Below, piece by piece: positions 32,286 to 47,476 of a stretch of 64,000 nt of DNA. Origin of the DNA: the human T2T-CHM13v2.0 reference genome, Homo sapiens; the NCBI RefSeq assembly GCF_009914755.1, contig NC_060940.1; one strand, 5' to 3'. The notes under the pieces were generated by a model, which was given only the letters and a program-made list of their open reading frames with translations, was not told the DNA's origin and did not search any database. Every line of letters begins with the position of its first letter. Position 1 is the first letter of the stretch. The position numbers and the translations under genes were made by a program.

Positions 32286-33384
32286 AAAAAGGAGTCAGTT
32301 TTATACTTAATAACTGCCATGGTGTTTGGTAGACAAAATCCTACTGGACAACCATCCATTGGCGTGGGAAAGAGTTGTGAAAAGAGATCTTGGAGAAGTT
32401 AAAAGAAAAGAGCCGGGTGCGGGGGTGCTCTCAGAGGGCTGAAGCTGGGGATCCCTTGAGCCCAGGAGTCGGAATTCAGCCTGGGCAACACAGTCAGAAG
32501 TTGTCTCTTACAAAACTTTTTCTTCTTTTTTAAAGCAGGCAGGCTTAAAAAGAGAGAGAGAAAAGATCTTGAAGTTTGGGAATTCTGAGGTCAGTCTTTC
32601 TCTGTCTGGGTCTTCTTTCTGCCTCCCCACCTGACTTTTCTCTCCACATGGACGGAGCCTCTCCTTCAGCCATCCCACTATCTTCTAGAAGGTTCCATAA
32701 CTCCTCCCTGTCCCCATCATTCCTTATTCTGAAAATCCTTTGGTAAATGGGTTTATTCATTTGCCAGGTGCAAATAATTGTCAGTGGCTACTTGAAGTTT
32801 GATAAGGAGGATTCGGAGGCCTGTCCCAGCCAAGGGGGAAATGCTGCCTGGTGATCAAATACTGATGCCCGCTACAGGTGTCAGAAGAGGGAGGAGGAGC
32901 AGAGGCATCTGTGCTGTGTGTTTACCCCCTGGAATTTAGCAAGTCCCGAGCCGCGTTCATTTGGCACCTGGTGTCATGTTCCAAGGGGCAGTGCCTTGTT
33001 GCTTCTGCTGGAATTAAGCCCTTTAGAAGCCCAGCAGTGCCCACAGCTGCAGGAAGTGCTCAGCCAACGTTTGCCTGTCATTCAGCAAATAATGGCTATG
33101 AAACAATGAAAGTAAGACGTGAATAGCGCCTGGAAACAGGCTGTGTGTGGGGAGCGTGTGAGCGTGACCCTCATTTTGGTGCAAATGCATAGACCGGTTC
33201 ACATAAGAGGGGTCTGACTACTGTGGTAGCAGCAGAGATGTTTCCCCCTCCGGGCCTTAGCTCCTGCCCTTCTCTTTGCTTGGAATATTCCGTCCTCCCG
33301 CCGTACCCACAGAGGTCCCTTCTTGCCTCTCCTGACTCCTCTAGCTACAAGAGGCCCCACTCTCCAGGCCCCATCCTGCTCACT

Positions 33385-33703
33385 TTTCTTTCTTTTCTTT
33401 CTTTTTTTTTTTTTTTTTGAGGCTGAGTCTCACCCTGTCACCCAGGCTGGAGTGCAGTGGCACAACCTCTGCTCAGTGCAACCTCCTCCCAGATTCAAGC
33501 GATTTTCCTGCCTCAGCCTCTAGAGTAGCTGGGATTACAGGCCACCACACCCGCCACCACGCCCGGCTAACTTTTTGTATTTTTAGTCGAGATGGGGTTT
33601 TACCATGTTGGCCAGGCTGGTCTCGAACTCCTGACCTCAGGTGATCCACTCGCCTCAGCCTCCCAAAGTGTTGGGATTACAGGCGTGAGCCACCACGCCC
33701 AGC
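33385..33703 (-). mobile_element. AluS (reverse)
   Basis: TSD ctcacttttctt. Confidence 0.9.
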
Positions 33704-33730
33704 CTCACTTTTCTTCTTAGTGTCACTCAC

Positions 33731-34149
33731 TGTCCTAGTCTCCTTGGGCTGCTGCAATAAAGCTCCACAAACTGGGTGGCTACAGTGGAAATTTATTCTC
33801 TCTCCATTCTGGAGGCAGAAGTCTGAAATCAAGGTGTGAGGGGGGCTGTGCTCCCTCCATGATGGGTGTGGGGAGATTCCTCCTGCCTCTTCCAGCTTCT
33901 CATGGACCCAGGTGGTTTGCAGCCTGTGATCAAATCCCTGCCTTCATCTTCAGGTGGCCTTCTCTTCTGTCTCTTATCAGGCCACTGGTCACTGGATTTA
34001 GGGCCCACTCAGTTAATTCAGGATGATTTCATCTTGAGATCCTTAGTTATATCTATAAAGATGTTTTTCCAAATAAGGTCACATTCACAGCTTCCAGGAG
34101 TAAGGACATGAACATATCTTTTGCAGGGGACATTATTCAACCCACGACA
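33731..34149 (-). mobile_element. MLT1 MaLR LTR
   Basis: tgtcctagtc...ttccaaataaggtcacattcac...ttcaacccacgaca. Confidence 0.8.
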
Positions 34150-35055
34150 TGCACTGCCTCACTTTGCATTACACATGGCTTTGTCCGCGGCCTGTCTCCA
34201 CCATTAGATGAGATATAGGAAAGCAGGGAAAGAGTCTGTTGTGTTCCCAGCTCGATCGCCAGTGCCACATGGCAGGTGCTGAAAAGTATTTCTTAAGTGA
34301 ACGAAATAGTTTTATCTTTCCAAGTCCCAGTGTTCCCGTCTATAAAATGATTACTGCCTGTGGGTACAGCTATTGCAAAACAAACAGAATCGAGGGTTTA
34401 TGCAAGGAACCGTAACTTCCACCTAATTCTTAACATTAGAAACAAATTGTACAAAATATACTTTTGTACAGTGTACCCTTTCCAAAAAGGATGTCTTCAG
34501 TGCCACGCTTAGAGAACTTTTGAGTGAAGTTTGTTACCAAACAAAATACAGGTGTCTTGAGGTTGCATCCTGGCTCCCAGCAGGGCGCATTGCTGGGGAT
34601 AATTTGTGGGCAGTGAAAAGACACGACTCTGACATAGAGAGTGAATGGGAGTTGCAGAGCATGACCTCATTGTTCAAGGTGCCCAGAGCAGACATTTTGA
34701 GAAAGGCTGGATGCCTCTGGTTGGGTCCCACCCTTGGCGTTCATCGTTGGCCAATAGGGCAGAATCACTCTGAGGCGTTGAGCCGCAAACCCCAGAAAGT
34801 TCTCCAGCCAACTGCCTTGTTAGATTCTTTGCAAGTGGGCTCTAGCATTTTACAGGCTGAAGGCAGAAAAAATAAACAAAAAACTTGAAAAAACAGAATC
34901 TTGAAGTCTGTGGGGATGACCACGGAATCCAAACAAAGTGACAGACAGAGCTCAGAAAGGTCGTTTAAGGCAAACATAAATAGCAGGTGTAACTGACGGG
35001 GAAACAACAACACACAACAACAACAACAACAACCAACTCAGAAGGTAAGAGCTTG

Positions 35056-35391
<336 letters not shown>

Positions 35392-35668
35392 TTAACTTAC
35401 TTAGAATATAAAAGGATGCAGAGGTTAGAAAAACAAAAATTAAAGTTGGAAAATTTCTTTAAATCTGGAAAAGGAAACCAAAAGAGACTGTAAATACTCA
35501 TCTGTATTTCTGAAGTGTTTTCAGGTAGCTCCCAATAGAACTTTCAATGAGATGTTTATTCCAAAACCAAAGTAAAAATTGACAGCAAATTGAGTGCTTG
35601 CCTCAAAAGGCACAGAAATGAAACATGCAAGAGGATGACAGAAGTCAATCTAACAATGACAACTATAA

Positions 35669-35996
<328 letters not shown>

Positions 35997-36680
35997 TACA
36001 TTTCCCTATTATAAAGCAAATCGTTCATATGAAAGTTCTGTTAAATATAAATTTGAATGATCTGCTGTTTATGGGAGACATATTCAAAAATTTTTTGGAG
36101 TATTTGCCATGTTTCAGGCACATCATTTACCATAACCAACACTGGTGGAGCCTAATTTACCTAATTTTACACACCACAAATCTAATTTATAGGCCTGGGC
36201 AACAGAGCAAAGACCCCATCTCTACATAAAAATAAAAATTAGAAAATTAGCTGGGTGTGGTTCTGTGCACCTGTAGTCCCAGCTACTCAGGAGGGAGTAT
36301 TGCTTGAACCCAGGAGTTCAAGCCTACAGTGAACTATGATCGCGCCAGTGCCCTCCAGCCTGGACTACAGAGTGAGACCTTGTCTCTAAAATGTACATGC
36401 ATATATCCACCACCTAGAGTTTCCTTCTGGAATGCCCTGGGCATTTTCGAACCTAGCCCAGGAATTCCAGCCTTGACATCTCTGGGCTGGAGCGGAAGCC
36501 ATGGTGATAGGATCCGAAAGGCTGGGCTTTCAAATCCTCTGCTCCGGGGATGCTGATCTGCCTGGAGAGATGACATCTGGTTAACAGCTTGGAAAAACAT
36601 GAAGATGCCAACAAGGCGTTCTTCTTCCCTGGATCCAACATCATTTTAAAATCACAGAATGCCACTTGGGAAGGACCTGA

Positions 36681-37308
<628 letters not shown>

Positions 37309-38749
37309 TAACTCCTCTCTCGTCTGGCCCTTCAGGCCTTGGGTGGGACCAAAGCCACTTCTCACTCTTTGCTAGTCTTCGTTAATGACACAAGCACTTC
37401 TGGTTTCTCTACGTCTTCCCCACAGCTTTGTAAAAAGTCTGTTTCTCAAACTCTCCTCAAATTACTATTTCCTACTGGGACCCTGACTCCTACGGGTAGG
37501 TAGTGACATCCCCATTTTATGGATGAGTAAACTGAGGTGGAGAGAGGTGAAGAAAATTGCCCAAGGTCGGAAAGGAACATTCCTGGGATTCAAATCTGGA
37601 CTCACTCACATCAGAGGTTTGCTGTTACCATTATTCCTGCACCTTTGTTGAAACTGGGGAGTGGGGCCAGGCTGATACCGTAGCCTTTGTTTCCTTGAAA
37701 GAGGAAGATGCAGGAGATACAAGAAGGGGCACTGGAACTGCCCTGCAGGTTTTCGTGGCCTGGAGTCAACCCTCGGGAGCAATTGAGGTAGGTGGCAAAT
37801 ATTTGCTCAAAAGGGGTGGCTGAATTTCGTGGACAAATGCAGAGGGCACCTCCTGTAGCCCGTGAGTAACTTCCCTGTAGAGATGAGGAAGCCAGCGGAA
37901 AGGCGGGTGGCACGGACTTCCCCAGAGCTCCCCCTCTGCTAAGTGGTGGGTCTAGTTACGGATCTAGTCCTACCTGAAGCCAAAGAAAGCCCTGGAACTT
38001 CAAAGCACCCACTTGGCTGCTGGCAACTGTCTACACTGCGTATGGACTCACATACTTTGGGAGCCATTTGAGCCCAGCACCTTCTGATGATGAAGAGGAG
38101 GAGGATGGTGTCATGGGGACACCAGCACATTCTCTACTCCAAGCCCTGCTCGAGACCTTCCTGTACAGCACTGTCCGCTGGGGCCTCTCCATGTCACTGT
38201 GAAGGAGGCGCTATCGTGGTGGCCATTCTGCAGAGCAGTAAACCAAGGCGCTAAAAATATAAGAAACCTGCTCAGGTCCCACGACGAGCAAGAGCGGCGC
38301 TCATCCTGCAGACGAGGACAGGGGCCCTGACCATCCGAGACCATGCAGGCGCCAAAGGCAGCAGGGCTCTCAGTCGCTCCTGTTCCTGGACTCACTCCCA
38401 GGGCCCTGGAGGTGGGGGTCTTAGCCTTCTGCTGCTCCCCGCTCAATGACAGGCTAGGTTGCCGAGGCTCAGAAAGGCCACGTGACCCGTCCAGAGTGCA
38501 CAGCCGCAGGTGTGAGTCTGACTGAGCTCCAGCCACCTCGCTCCCGGCGCCTTAGAGCCGCCCACCCTGGGTTCCTCAAGAGGATCACCTGGGGCTCGTT
38601 AAAAACCCAGCTCCCGGCGGCTCCAAACCGTGACTGGGCAGGGAGGGGTCTGGGAATCCGGATTTTAAACCAGCATTTGCTCCTCCACCTCCCCCACTCC
38701 AGGTGATTCTTAGGATCTGTAAGTTTGGGAAACAGCCCAAGCCCTGAGG

Positions 38750-39300
38750 CGACGCAGCCTCTCCCTGGGCCTTTCATGGCCAGCCGGCGCTGTCCCCAGA
38801 GCCCCTGGGGTCCCAGGCGAGCTCGCGGGGCGGGGCCGGGTGAGCCGGCACCTCCCTGTGCGCAGCCCCGCCCCAGGGGCGGGGCCTCACCTGCCGCGGG
38901 CAGGTAGACAGCTACCTGGTAACCGGGTCCGGCCCAGGAGGCTTGGGCGCGCGCAGCCATCCCGGGCCTCGCCGGGGACCTAGGGACGCAGGCAACGCCT
39001 GCGCCCGCTCACCATGGTCGAGGGACGCGTCTCCGAGTTCCTGAAGAAACTCGGCTTCTCGGGCGGGGGCCGCCAGTACCAGGCGCTGGAGAAGGACGAA
39101 GAGGAAGCCTTGGTGAGTCCCCGCGACTCCGCGCCGGGCGTGCGACCCGACCCCCCATCCCCTCCGTCGTAACCGTCCCCGGCCCGAGACCCCGCGTTCG
39201 CGCTGCGATCCGCGAACTCGCCCTCCTCCCCTGGCTCTGGAAAGAAGCTGTCCTCACAACAACTGCGCTCTCATCTGCGCTCTGGCGCGGGGAGCTCAGC
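38750..39300. promoter_or_regulatory. ATP2C2: CpG island / TATA-less promoter of ATP2C2
   Basis: High GC and CpG density; GC boxes at 38827-38835, 38866-38874 and 38876-38884; spans exon 1. Confidence 0.9.
39014..39112 (+). CDS. ATP2C2: ATP2C2 (SPCA2, secretory pathway Ca2+/Mn2+-ATPase 2), coding part of exon 1, 33 codons
   Basis: Kozak ACCATGG; translates to MVEGRVSEFLKKLGFSGGGRQYQALEKDEEEAL, the recognised SPCA2 N-terminus; phase-0 donor TTG|GTGAGT. Confidence 0.96.
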
Positions 39301-41636
39301 ATGGAACCCTCACGTGAACCCATTTTGTGGTTGAGAAACTGAGGCCGAGAGTGGTTAAGTATATTCCCTAAGGGGCACGGAGCTAGGAAGTGACCTGGCT
39401 GGGAACTTAACCTAGGTTTCTCTGACTCCAGAGAATTAAAATTCCTGGGTCTCCAGACTTGGGCTGCTTTATGGATTTTTAAAACTTAAATTGGAAAATA
39501 AAATTAGAGGGATGCAAAAAACAAAAGATTGCTGAAATGTTGTAGCAATAATAGAAAGCAAAGTTGGAGCTGAGGGACCTCCCAGCCTCACTTCCTACAG
39601 TCAGGTACTTTTAGAAAGCCACTCAGAGCTGTATGCCTGCTTTGCAACCTTCAGGGACCCTCTGGGATAAAGCAGCAGGGTGCCAGGGCAGGGCGGTTCA
39701 TGAGGGAACGAAGTGGCAAAGCTGTCAAATAAAGCCCCTCCTGTTCCTTGGATTCTTGGAAGCCAGGGGTGAAGCCAGGCTTGAGGGTGACCCAACACCC
39801 TTCTTTTTAGCTTCGCAAACAGAACTCGTTGCATGCTTTAAGGTCAGGGGGGCACTGAATTTCTGCAGAAGCGTTTCTCTGCACGCCAGAGGGTCGTTGC
39901 ACTTTTTTTTTTTTCATTTACGCTTAAGCAGTCGTTCAAAAGTAACATTTCTGAACGAGTCCCCTGGGTTGCTAATTAGAAATATGACTTGGCGATGGCC
40001 TTTTGACCAGTGAAAGGAAACTTCAAAGGTAAACTTACCTTTTAATTAAAAAAAGAAATTAGCTGAAAAAATATTTGACTTAAAATTTTATTTTTTTCTC
40101 CCAAAGAATACTAACGGTCAAAACATTTTGTTTGTGAGATTAAGTATTTGTGCTTTTTTAAAAATAGTGTTTTGTGCTTTTTTAAAAATAGTGTTTTATA
40201 CATCCCTGTTGATGTAAGAATTCTGGTCTTAGGGTGGTAGGCCACAGGACCACGTAACTAGCAGTTTTTGAGCAATCTCGATTTTTCTGAAGTGGCATGT
40301 TAATATTGATAGGATATAGAGTTCAATTAATTGGCTGTGATCCATTTCTCTGCTTCTGTGATACATTCTGCTAAAGGAGTTTGAAGTTTATTTGCCATCA
40401 CAGGTTGCCTTTCCTATGTTGCCATTCCTGTTTTTTCCTTTCCATCTTTTGATTCTTGCATCAGGCCAGGTATTTTTCAAACTCTCCTGGTGTGTAGTTG
40501 GTTACCATCAGGTTTCACAGGATGTCCAGGAATGCAGGTGCACGGATGATGTAACCTCAAGGGAGATGCTGGGAGAGTTTGATCTCTGTGCCAGGTGGAC
40601 TCGTCCCTCCAAAGCTTTGCAGGAGCGTTCTCAGAGGTCTGACAGGTGTTCAGCCGGTCTGTCAGTGTGCTCTCCCACCTGGCTGTGGACCGGGGTGCTC
40701 TCAGCAGCATCCTGAGGCCCTGGGTGCGTGATGATGGGCAGTGTGCAGCGCCAGGAGGCGGGTGATACCAGCACTGACACCAAAGGCCAGCTGAGAAAGA
40801 AGCCATGCTGTCTCCAGAGGCAGCCTTGTGCAAACCCAGGAAATGTGCAAACCCAGGAAATGGCAATGAAGATCGATGGGAAGTGTGAGGAGGGAGGGAG
40901 GTGGGGAGGCCGGGTGGCTGGGCGAGGCACTCACTTCCTGCCAGGTTGGCTCAGACCTGAACACCTCCTTTGCTGTCATACTCATGTCCTGTCGTTGGAA
41001 CTCCTTTCTCCCAGGGTTTGGAAAGGAGGCGATGTGTGTTGAGGTGATCACTTCTACAATAGTTGGAATTGTCTTTTTTTTTTTTTTTTTGCGTTATTTC
41101 ATACTAGTTTATTTAGGGGTTCCATTTTCACTCCTCAATAGAACCGTCTTTTATGAGCACTAATTACATGCCACATCCAGGATGCCTGTAGGAGGCCTCT
41201 AAGCCCTCCCCTCCCCCAGCCACTTTGACCAGTTACCCCAGTTCTAATAGTGATTGTTACTGAGAACTTGCTGTGTCTTCTCTTGGGCCTCTTACCTCCA
41301 AGGTAAATTTTACTCTCGTCATGTGATCAATGAGGATGTGAGGCTCCTAGTGGGGCCACGTTTGTTTGCTCAGTGAGCATTTCCTGACAGCCAGTTTTGC
41401 TAGGCGCTGAGGATACAGATGTGTACAAAACAAAGTTCATAAAGGAGGCCAATGGTCAGCTGAGAAACTGGGAGATGCTTTATTTGAGACCCAGTGGTCT
41501 CAGGTGCACTGGAGAATCAAAGAGTAGAGGACCAGACAGAGGACTGGTGGTTGAGAGGGGAACTGGAGACGACCCCATGTTAGAAGCACTGGAGACTGGA
41601 TTTCAGCATTTCCAGGAATGGAAAGAAAGGTGTTTG

Positions 41637-41927
41637 AGCCGGGCGCAGTGGCTCATGCCTGTCATCCCCACACTTTGGAAGACTGAGGCAGGAGGGTCAC
41701 TTGAACCCCAGAGTTCAAGATCAGCCTGGGCAACATAGCCAGATGCCATCTCTGCAAAAAATTAGGCGTGGTGGTGTGCACCTGTGGTCCTAGCTACTCA
41801 CCAAGCTGAAGCAGGAGGATTGCTTGCACCTGGGAGGTCAAGGCTGCAGTGAGTTGTGATCATGCCACTGTGCTCCAGCCTGGGCAACAGAGTGAGACCC
41901 TGTCTCAAAACAAAACAACAACAAAAA
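41637..41927 (+). mobile_element. AluJ
   Basis: TSD aaaggtgtttga/aaaggtctttga. Confidence 0.9.
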
Positions 41928-42746
41928 GGTCTTTGAGAGGCCTCCTTAATTTAGTTACTAGAAAAAGCTTCTCACTGCTGACCTGAACATTAGGGTAAGG
42001 AAGAGATTGGAGCAGAAATTCCTGCTTCCCAGGTGACTCAGCGCCAACTCCGGGGGAAGCTGTCTCTGCCCCTCAGGGCTCCCATCTCTTAAGTGAGGCA
42101 GGTATAGCCCCAGCCCACTGCCTTCCTGGCTGGTGAGCAGATGCATCCTTCTGGGCTCTCCAGGGTGAGGCTTGGATCCCAACAGACGAATGTAGTGACC
42201 ACCCATCCATTCAACCTAGATTCACGGAGGGGGCTCCCTCTGTGTGTCAAGTGAGTGCTACCAGCTGGAGTTGGGGCTGATAAGGATGCACAGTTCTCTA
42301 CCCTCAGGTATCCCAACCAGGAGGCAGAGACAGGCACCCAGCAACTGGTCACAGTTCACTGTTTAATGCCAACGTGTCAGAGCTGGGAGAAAGACGTGAT
42401 GTTTAAGATGAATAGGAGTGGCAAAGGGTGAGCTGGATGAAGGGCAGGGATTGACAGCGAGTTCTAGACAGAAGAGGTAGAGGCGTTGGGGTTGGTAGGA
42501 TGAGGCTGCAGAGGAGGGTCGTACGGAGCCTTGTCAGAGTGTGGGCTTTATCCCTGGAGCAGTGGGGGATCGTTGAAGGGTTTTAAGTCAGGACATGATA
42601 GTCACTCATTTATTCCCAGATGGGCCAAACATTAGAACTGTGATAAAACAGGCACAGTCAGATTTGTGTTTTTAAGAGATTACACTCAGTTACTGGAAAA
42701 GAGTATGTGTGTGGGAATTCTGAGGCTCATGCACACACAACTTTAA

Positions 42747-43125
<379 letters not shown>

Positions 43126-43221
43126 AGTGTTGTCTTAAATGATTTGTACAAAAGTGTGATATCAAGTAAGTATAAGCATAAAACTTGTAATAAACATAAC
43201 TGTTTGCTTATAACTCAACTA

Positions 43222-43602
<381 letters not shown>

Positions 43603-43615
43603 CTATTAAAACTCA

Positions 43616-43922
<307 letters not shown>

Positions 43923-44199
43923 GAGACTGGAAACCAAAGCCTTTTTTGAATCTCATTTTGAAATGAGGTCTCATAACTTCTGCCATATTCTATTCGTTTG
44001 ATGCAAGTCTAGGTCCAGTCTACACTCAAAGGGAAGGGGTTACACAGGCCATGGGTACTGGGAGGGAGTGATGGCTGGGGACTGCCTTAAAGGCTGCCCA
44101 TTGGAATAGTAGAAAGAAATATTTCCTTCAATGACGTCATTCACGTTAAAAAAAATCCTAGAACCACATCTGACATGTCATCTGCTCACTACTTATCTA

Positions 44200-44450
44200 G
44201 TTTTGTTAGTGTTTTCATTCATCGTAAGTTCTGTTCTTTAAACTCTTTTGAACTTTTGATTTTGAAAATACTGATGCTAAGAATGTCTGCTAATGTGTGT
44301 ATGTACAAAATGACATTTACATTTGTCAGGACTTTGTTTGCTAGTTTAGGATAATCAGACTCAAACTCAAGTCCAACTGCCAGCAAGCAGCCTACGAATG
44401 CCAATTTTAAGGCTGTCATCTGATAACCGTAGAACTGGCTCGTTCACTTG
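44200..44450 (-). mobile_element. hAT/Charlie transposase C-terminal (dimerisation) remnant
   Basis: Minus-strand ORF ALKLAF...ESDYPKLANKVL...IKS...EQNLR resembles the hATC pattern LKxxF...EYPxLAxKAL...IKTK...ExDLR. Confidence 0.5.
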
Positions 44451-45624
44451 AAGATAATGTTAGTGTTGGGCGTTGTTGAAAGAATATTTCTTCATTTGGT
44501 ATCTATTTGTATGTACTACTACACTTAGTGCTCATTGACGGTGCCAGCTGCTACGTACAAAGACTGGATTCATGTAAGGCACCTGCTTGTGACGTGACTA
44601 CACTTCTCAATATTTAGGTATCTTAGGCTTTTCTCACCAAATCCACAATTGTGCGCTGTGTGATGACTCAATTCTTCTGCTAACCTTTCTCTCTGAGCCA
44701 TTGAAGCTTTCAGTGTGTGTCAGCCTTCACTGGGATGCTACAGTGTGTGCTGTGATGGTTGTCATGGATGCAAATATGCACACTGGTGTTATGTCACAGT
44801 CCTGAGTTGTAAGTTGCCCCCCACCCCGAAAGGTCTGTGTTGATCAGACAGTCATTGAAACACATTCAAGGTTAATAAGTTCTCAGAAAACTTGAAGGCT
44901 CCTGAGAATACGTCTGAAGATGGCATCCCGGAAACCCTGCCCCCAATCCAAATGTCACAAGCTTTTTTTTAATAAGGGTAAAGAATCCCAGAGTCCCAAC
45001 TAGAAGGAACTTCCAGTGTGTTAAATGGTTGCTGCTTGGTGGCCATCATATTAGGGGTGGGACTGGGAGCTGATGGGGGGTCCTTTGGTTTTCATTTGTG
45101 TGCACACAAATTGTTTGTAGATTTGGTATTTCTCCTAAAGCAGAGGCCATCTGGATGAGAACACAGGCAGCTGCTATATCTTCAAGGGTTGACATTCAGC
45201 TGCTATTTCTCTTTCGGGGACAAAGAAATACAGTTATGAAAGACCCGAGAGTTTGGGTTTTATTGCCACCCCACCTAATAATCTATCAAAAAGGAGAGAA
45301 AGGGAATTAGCAGAAAGCTTATTCAGGGACTTCAAAAATCATATAGAGTATTTAGATGAACCTGTCCAAGTCAGATGTTGAGAAGGATGGTATTCGGATG
45401 GTTGTTTGAGGGTTAATATAGACACCTGGTAAGAAGGACTTGTCTCATATCAGATACAATGAAAACAAATACTTTAAAACATGAAATGAGATATTCAAAA
45501 TATTAAAAAATGCCCATGAGTAGAGGTTTGTTTACACATATTCTGGGATATCTAGATAGCAGAATTCTCACAGACACTGAAACAGATGCTGTAGAAGCAT
45601 ATGTAATGACACAGTGGACGGCTA

Positions 45625-45974
<350 letters not shown>

Positions 45975-46842
45975 TCAAACATACAGAAAAACAGAAGGAC
46001 TAGACAGCTGTCTGCTCACCCACGTGGATTCCACGATTCTTTTGCCATCTTTGCCCCTCATGATGTATCATTCAGTGGAAACAGGTGGTCGTAATTTCTT
46101 TTGGAAAAAAACATACTTTTACAATGTGCAGAGAATACAATCTGGAGAAAGATCATTTTGAGCAGTATTTTTATCTTGGGATGACAAATTTTCTTCTTTG
46201 TAATCTTGTGCATTTTCCAAATTTCCAGCCACAAATATGGTTTAATTTTGTAGCCAGAAAAAAAGGAGATGTGAAAAATAAAGAGGAAGTCTGAACAAAA
46301 GAAGGGGAGAGAAAGGATTGTGGGTTTTTAGGTCTGTGTTGCCTTTCTGGGCTCGGTGGGCGTAGCTGGGTGGGTGTAGCTGGGTGGGAGTGGTACTGTA
46401 AACAGCATTATTAGGCAAGAATCCAGATCCCCAGGGGTGGCGGTGTATGAGCGGTGCCAGCCCAGAGCTTTGGGCGCCAGTGGGAGAAAGAGGTGGATGG
46501 GACAGGGGTCTGTACGTGACCATTTGGGGGCTCCTGCGACCCCTTGCGGCTTCCCAACACAGAGATAAGTAGTTTGGGTCAGCACATTTGAAACTTCCAC
46601 AGGGGAGTTTGGAATGACCAAGGGCAGGGAGGAAAGGTCTCTGGTTCAAGGAAGGCAGGTGAGGCGATGAGGTTGCCATGAGGGCAGGACTGGCTACAGA
46701 ATTCGTGGGGCAGACTGCCAATAGCAGGAAGACACTTGCTTCTGTCTTCTATGATCTCTCCCTCGAGTGTCCTGGTGAGTTCCACTTGATATAGATTATT
46801 GGTCTCCACCACACAAGGGATTACTACTGGGTGAGTGTAGAC

Positions 46843-47052
46843 CAAGTGTGTTCAACCTGCAGCCCAAGATAGCTTTGAATGCAGCCCAACACAAATTTGT
46901 CAACTTTCTTAACACATTATGAGATTTTTTTTGGCAATTTTTTTTTTTTTTTAGCTCATCAGCTATCATTGGTATTAGTGTATTTTATGTGTGGCCCAAG
47001 ACAATTCTTCTTCCAGTGTGGCCCAGGGAAGCCAAAAGATTGGACACCCCTT
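46843..47052. mobile_element. MER30 (hAT MITE)
   Basis: ggcccagggaagccaaaagattggacacccc; perfect 8-bp TSD GTGTAGAC (46835-46842/47053-47060). Confidence 0.9.
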
Positions 47053-47476
47053 GTGTAGACCCTGCCAGGTATCCCCCATCGGGGAGGACAGTCATGGCCG
47101 CTGGGTGGAGGAGGGGAGATGCCAAGCCCCGGGCACACATCATCCCATGGGGCTAAATTTCCACATACACATTCAGATCCAATGATTACGCATTCCAAGA
47201 TGGCAGCTGTGGAGCATGAAGCCTCAAGGCCAACACCTGTCCTGCACGGGGATCTCTGTGCAATTGCACTGGCCTCATGCCAGTGAGGCTGGCCCTGCTG
47301 AAGGGTTCTTGTCGGAGAGGAAACATCCAATCGATACCTCCCCTGTGGACTGTCAGTGATTCTTCTGAATTGTCATGGGGTTAATCTGGATCTGTGGACG
47401 CTTCAGAGGCTAATAATCCCAGTACCTCTGGTCTCTAAGGCATCTCACATGATGGTGATAAGAACATGGGAAATTT

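Noticed and set aside
34575-34592. CTCF-like cccagcagggcgc
   Set aside because: Two bases short of the CCAGCAGGGGGCGC core spacing; not supportable from sequence alone.
38469-39323. Antisense ORFs (163 aa and 104 aa) over the CpG island
   Set aside because: Expected from stop-codon scarcity in GC-rich DNA; low-complexity Arg/Gly/Pro/Ala composition.
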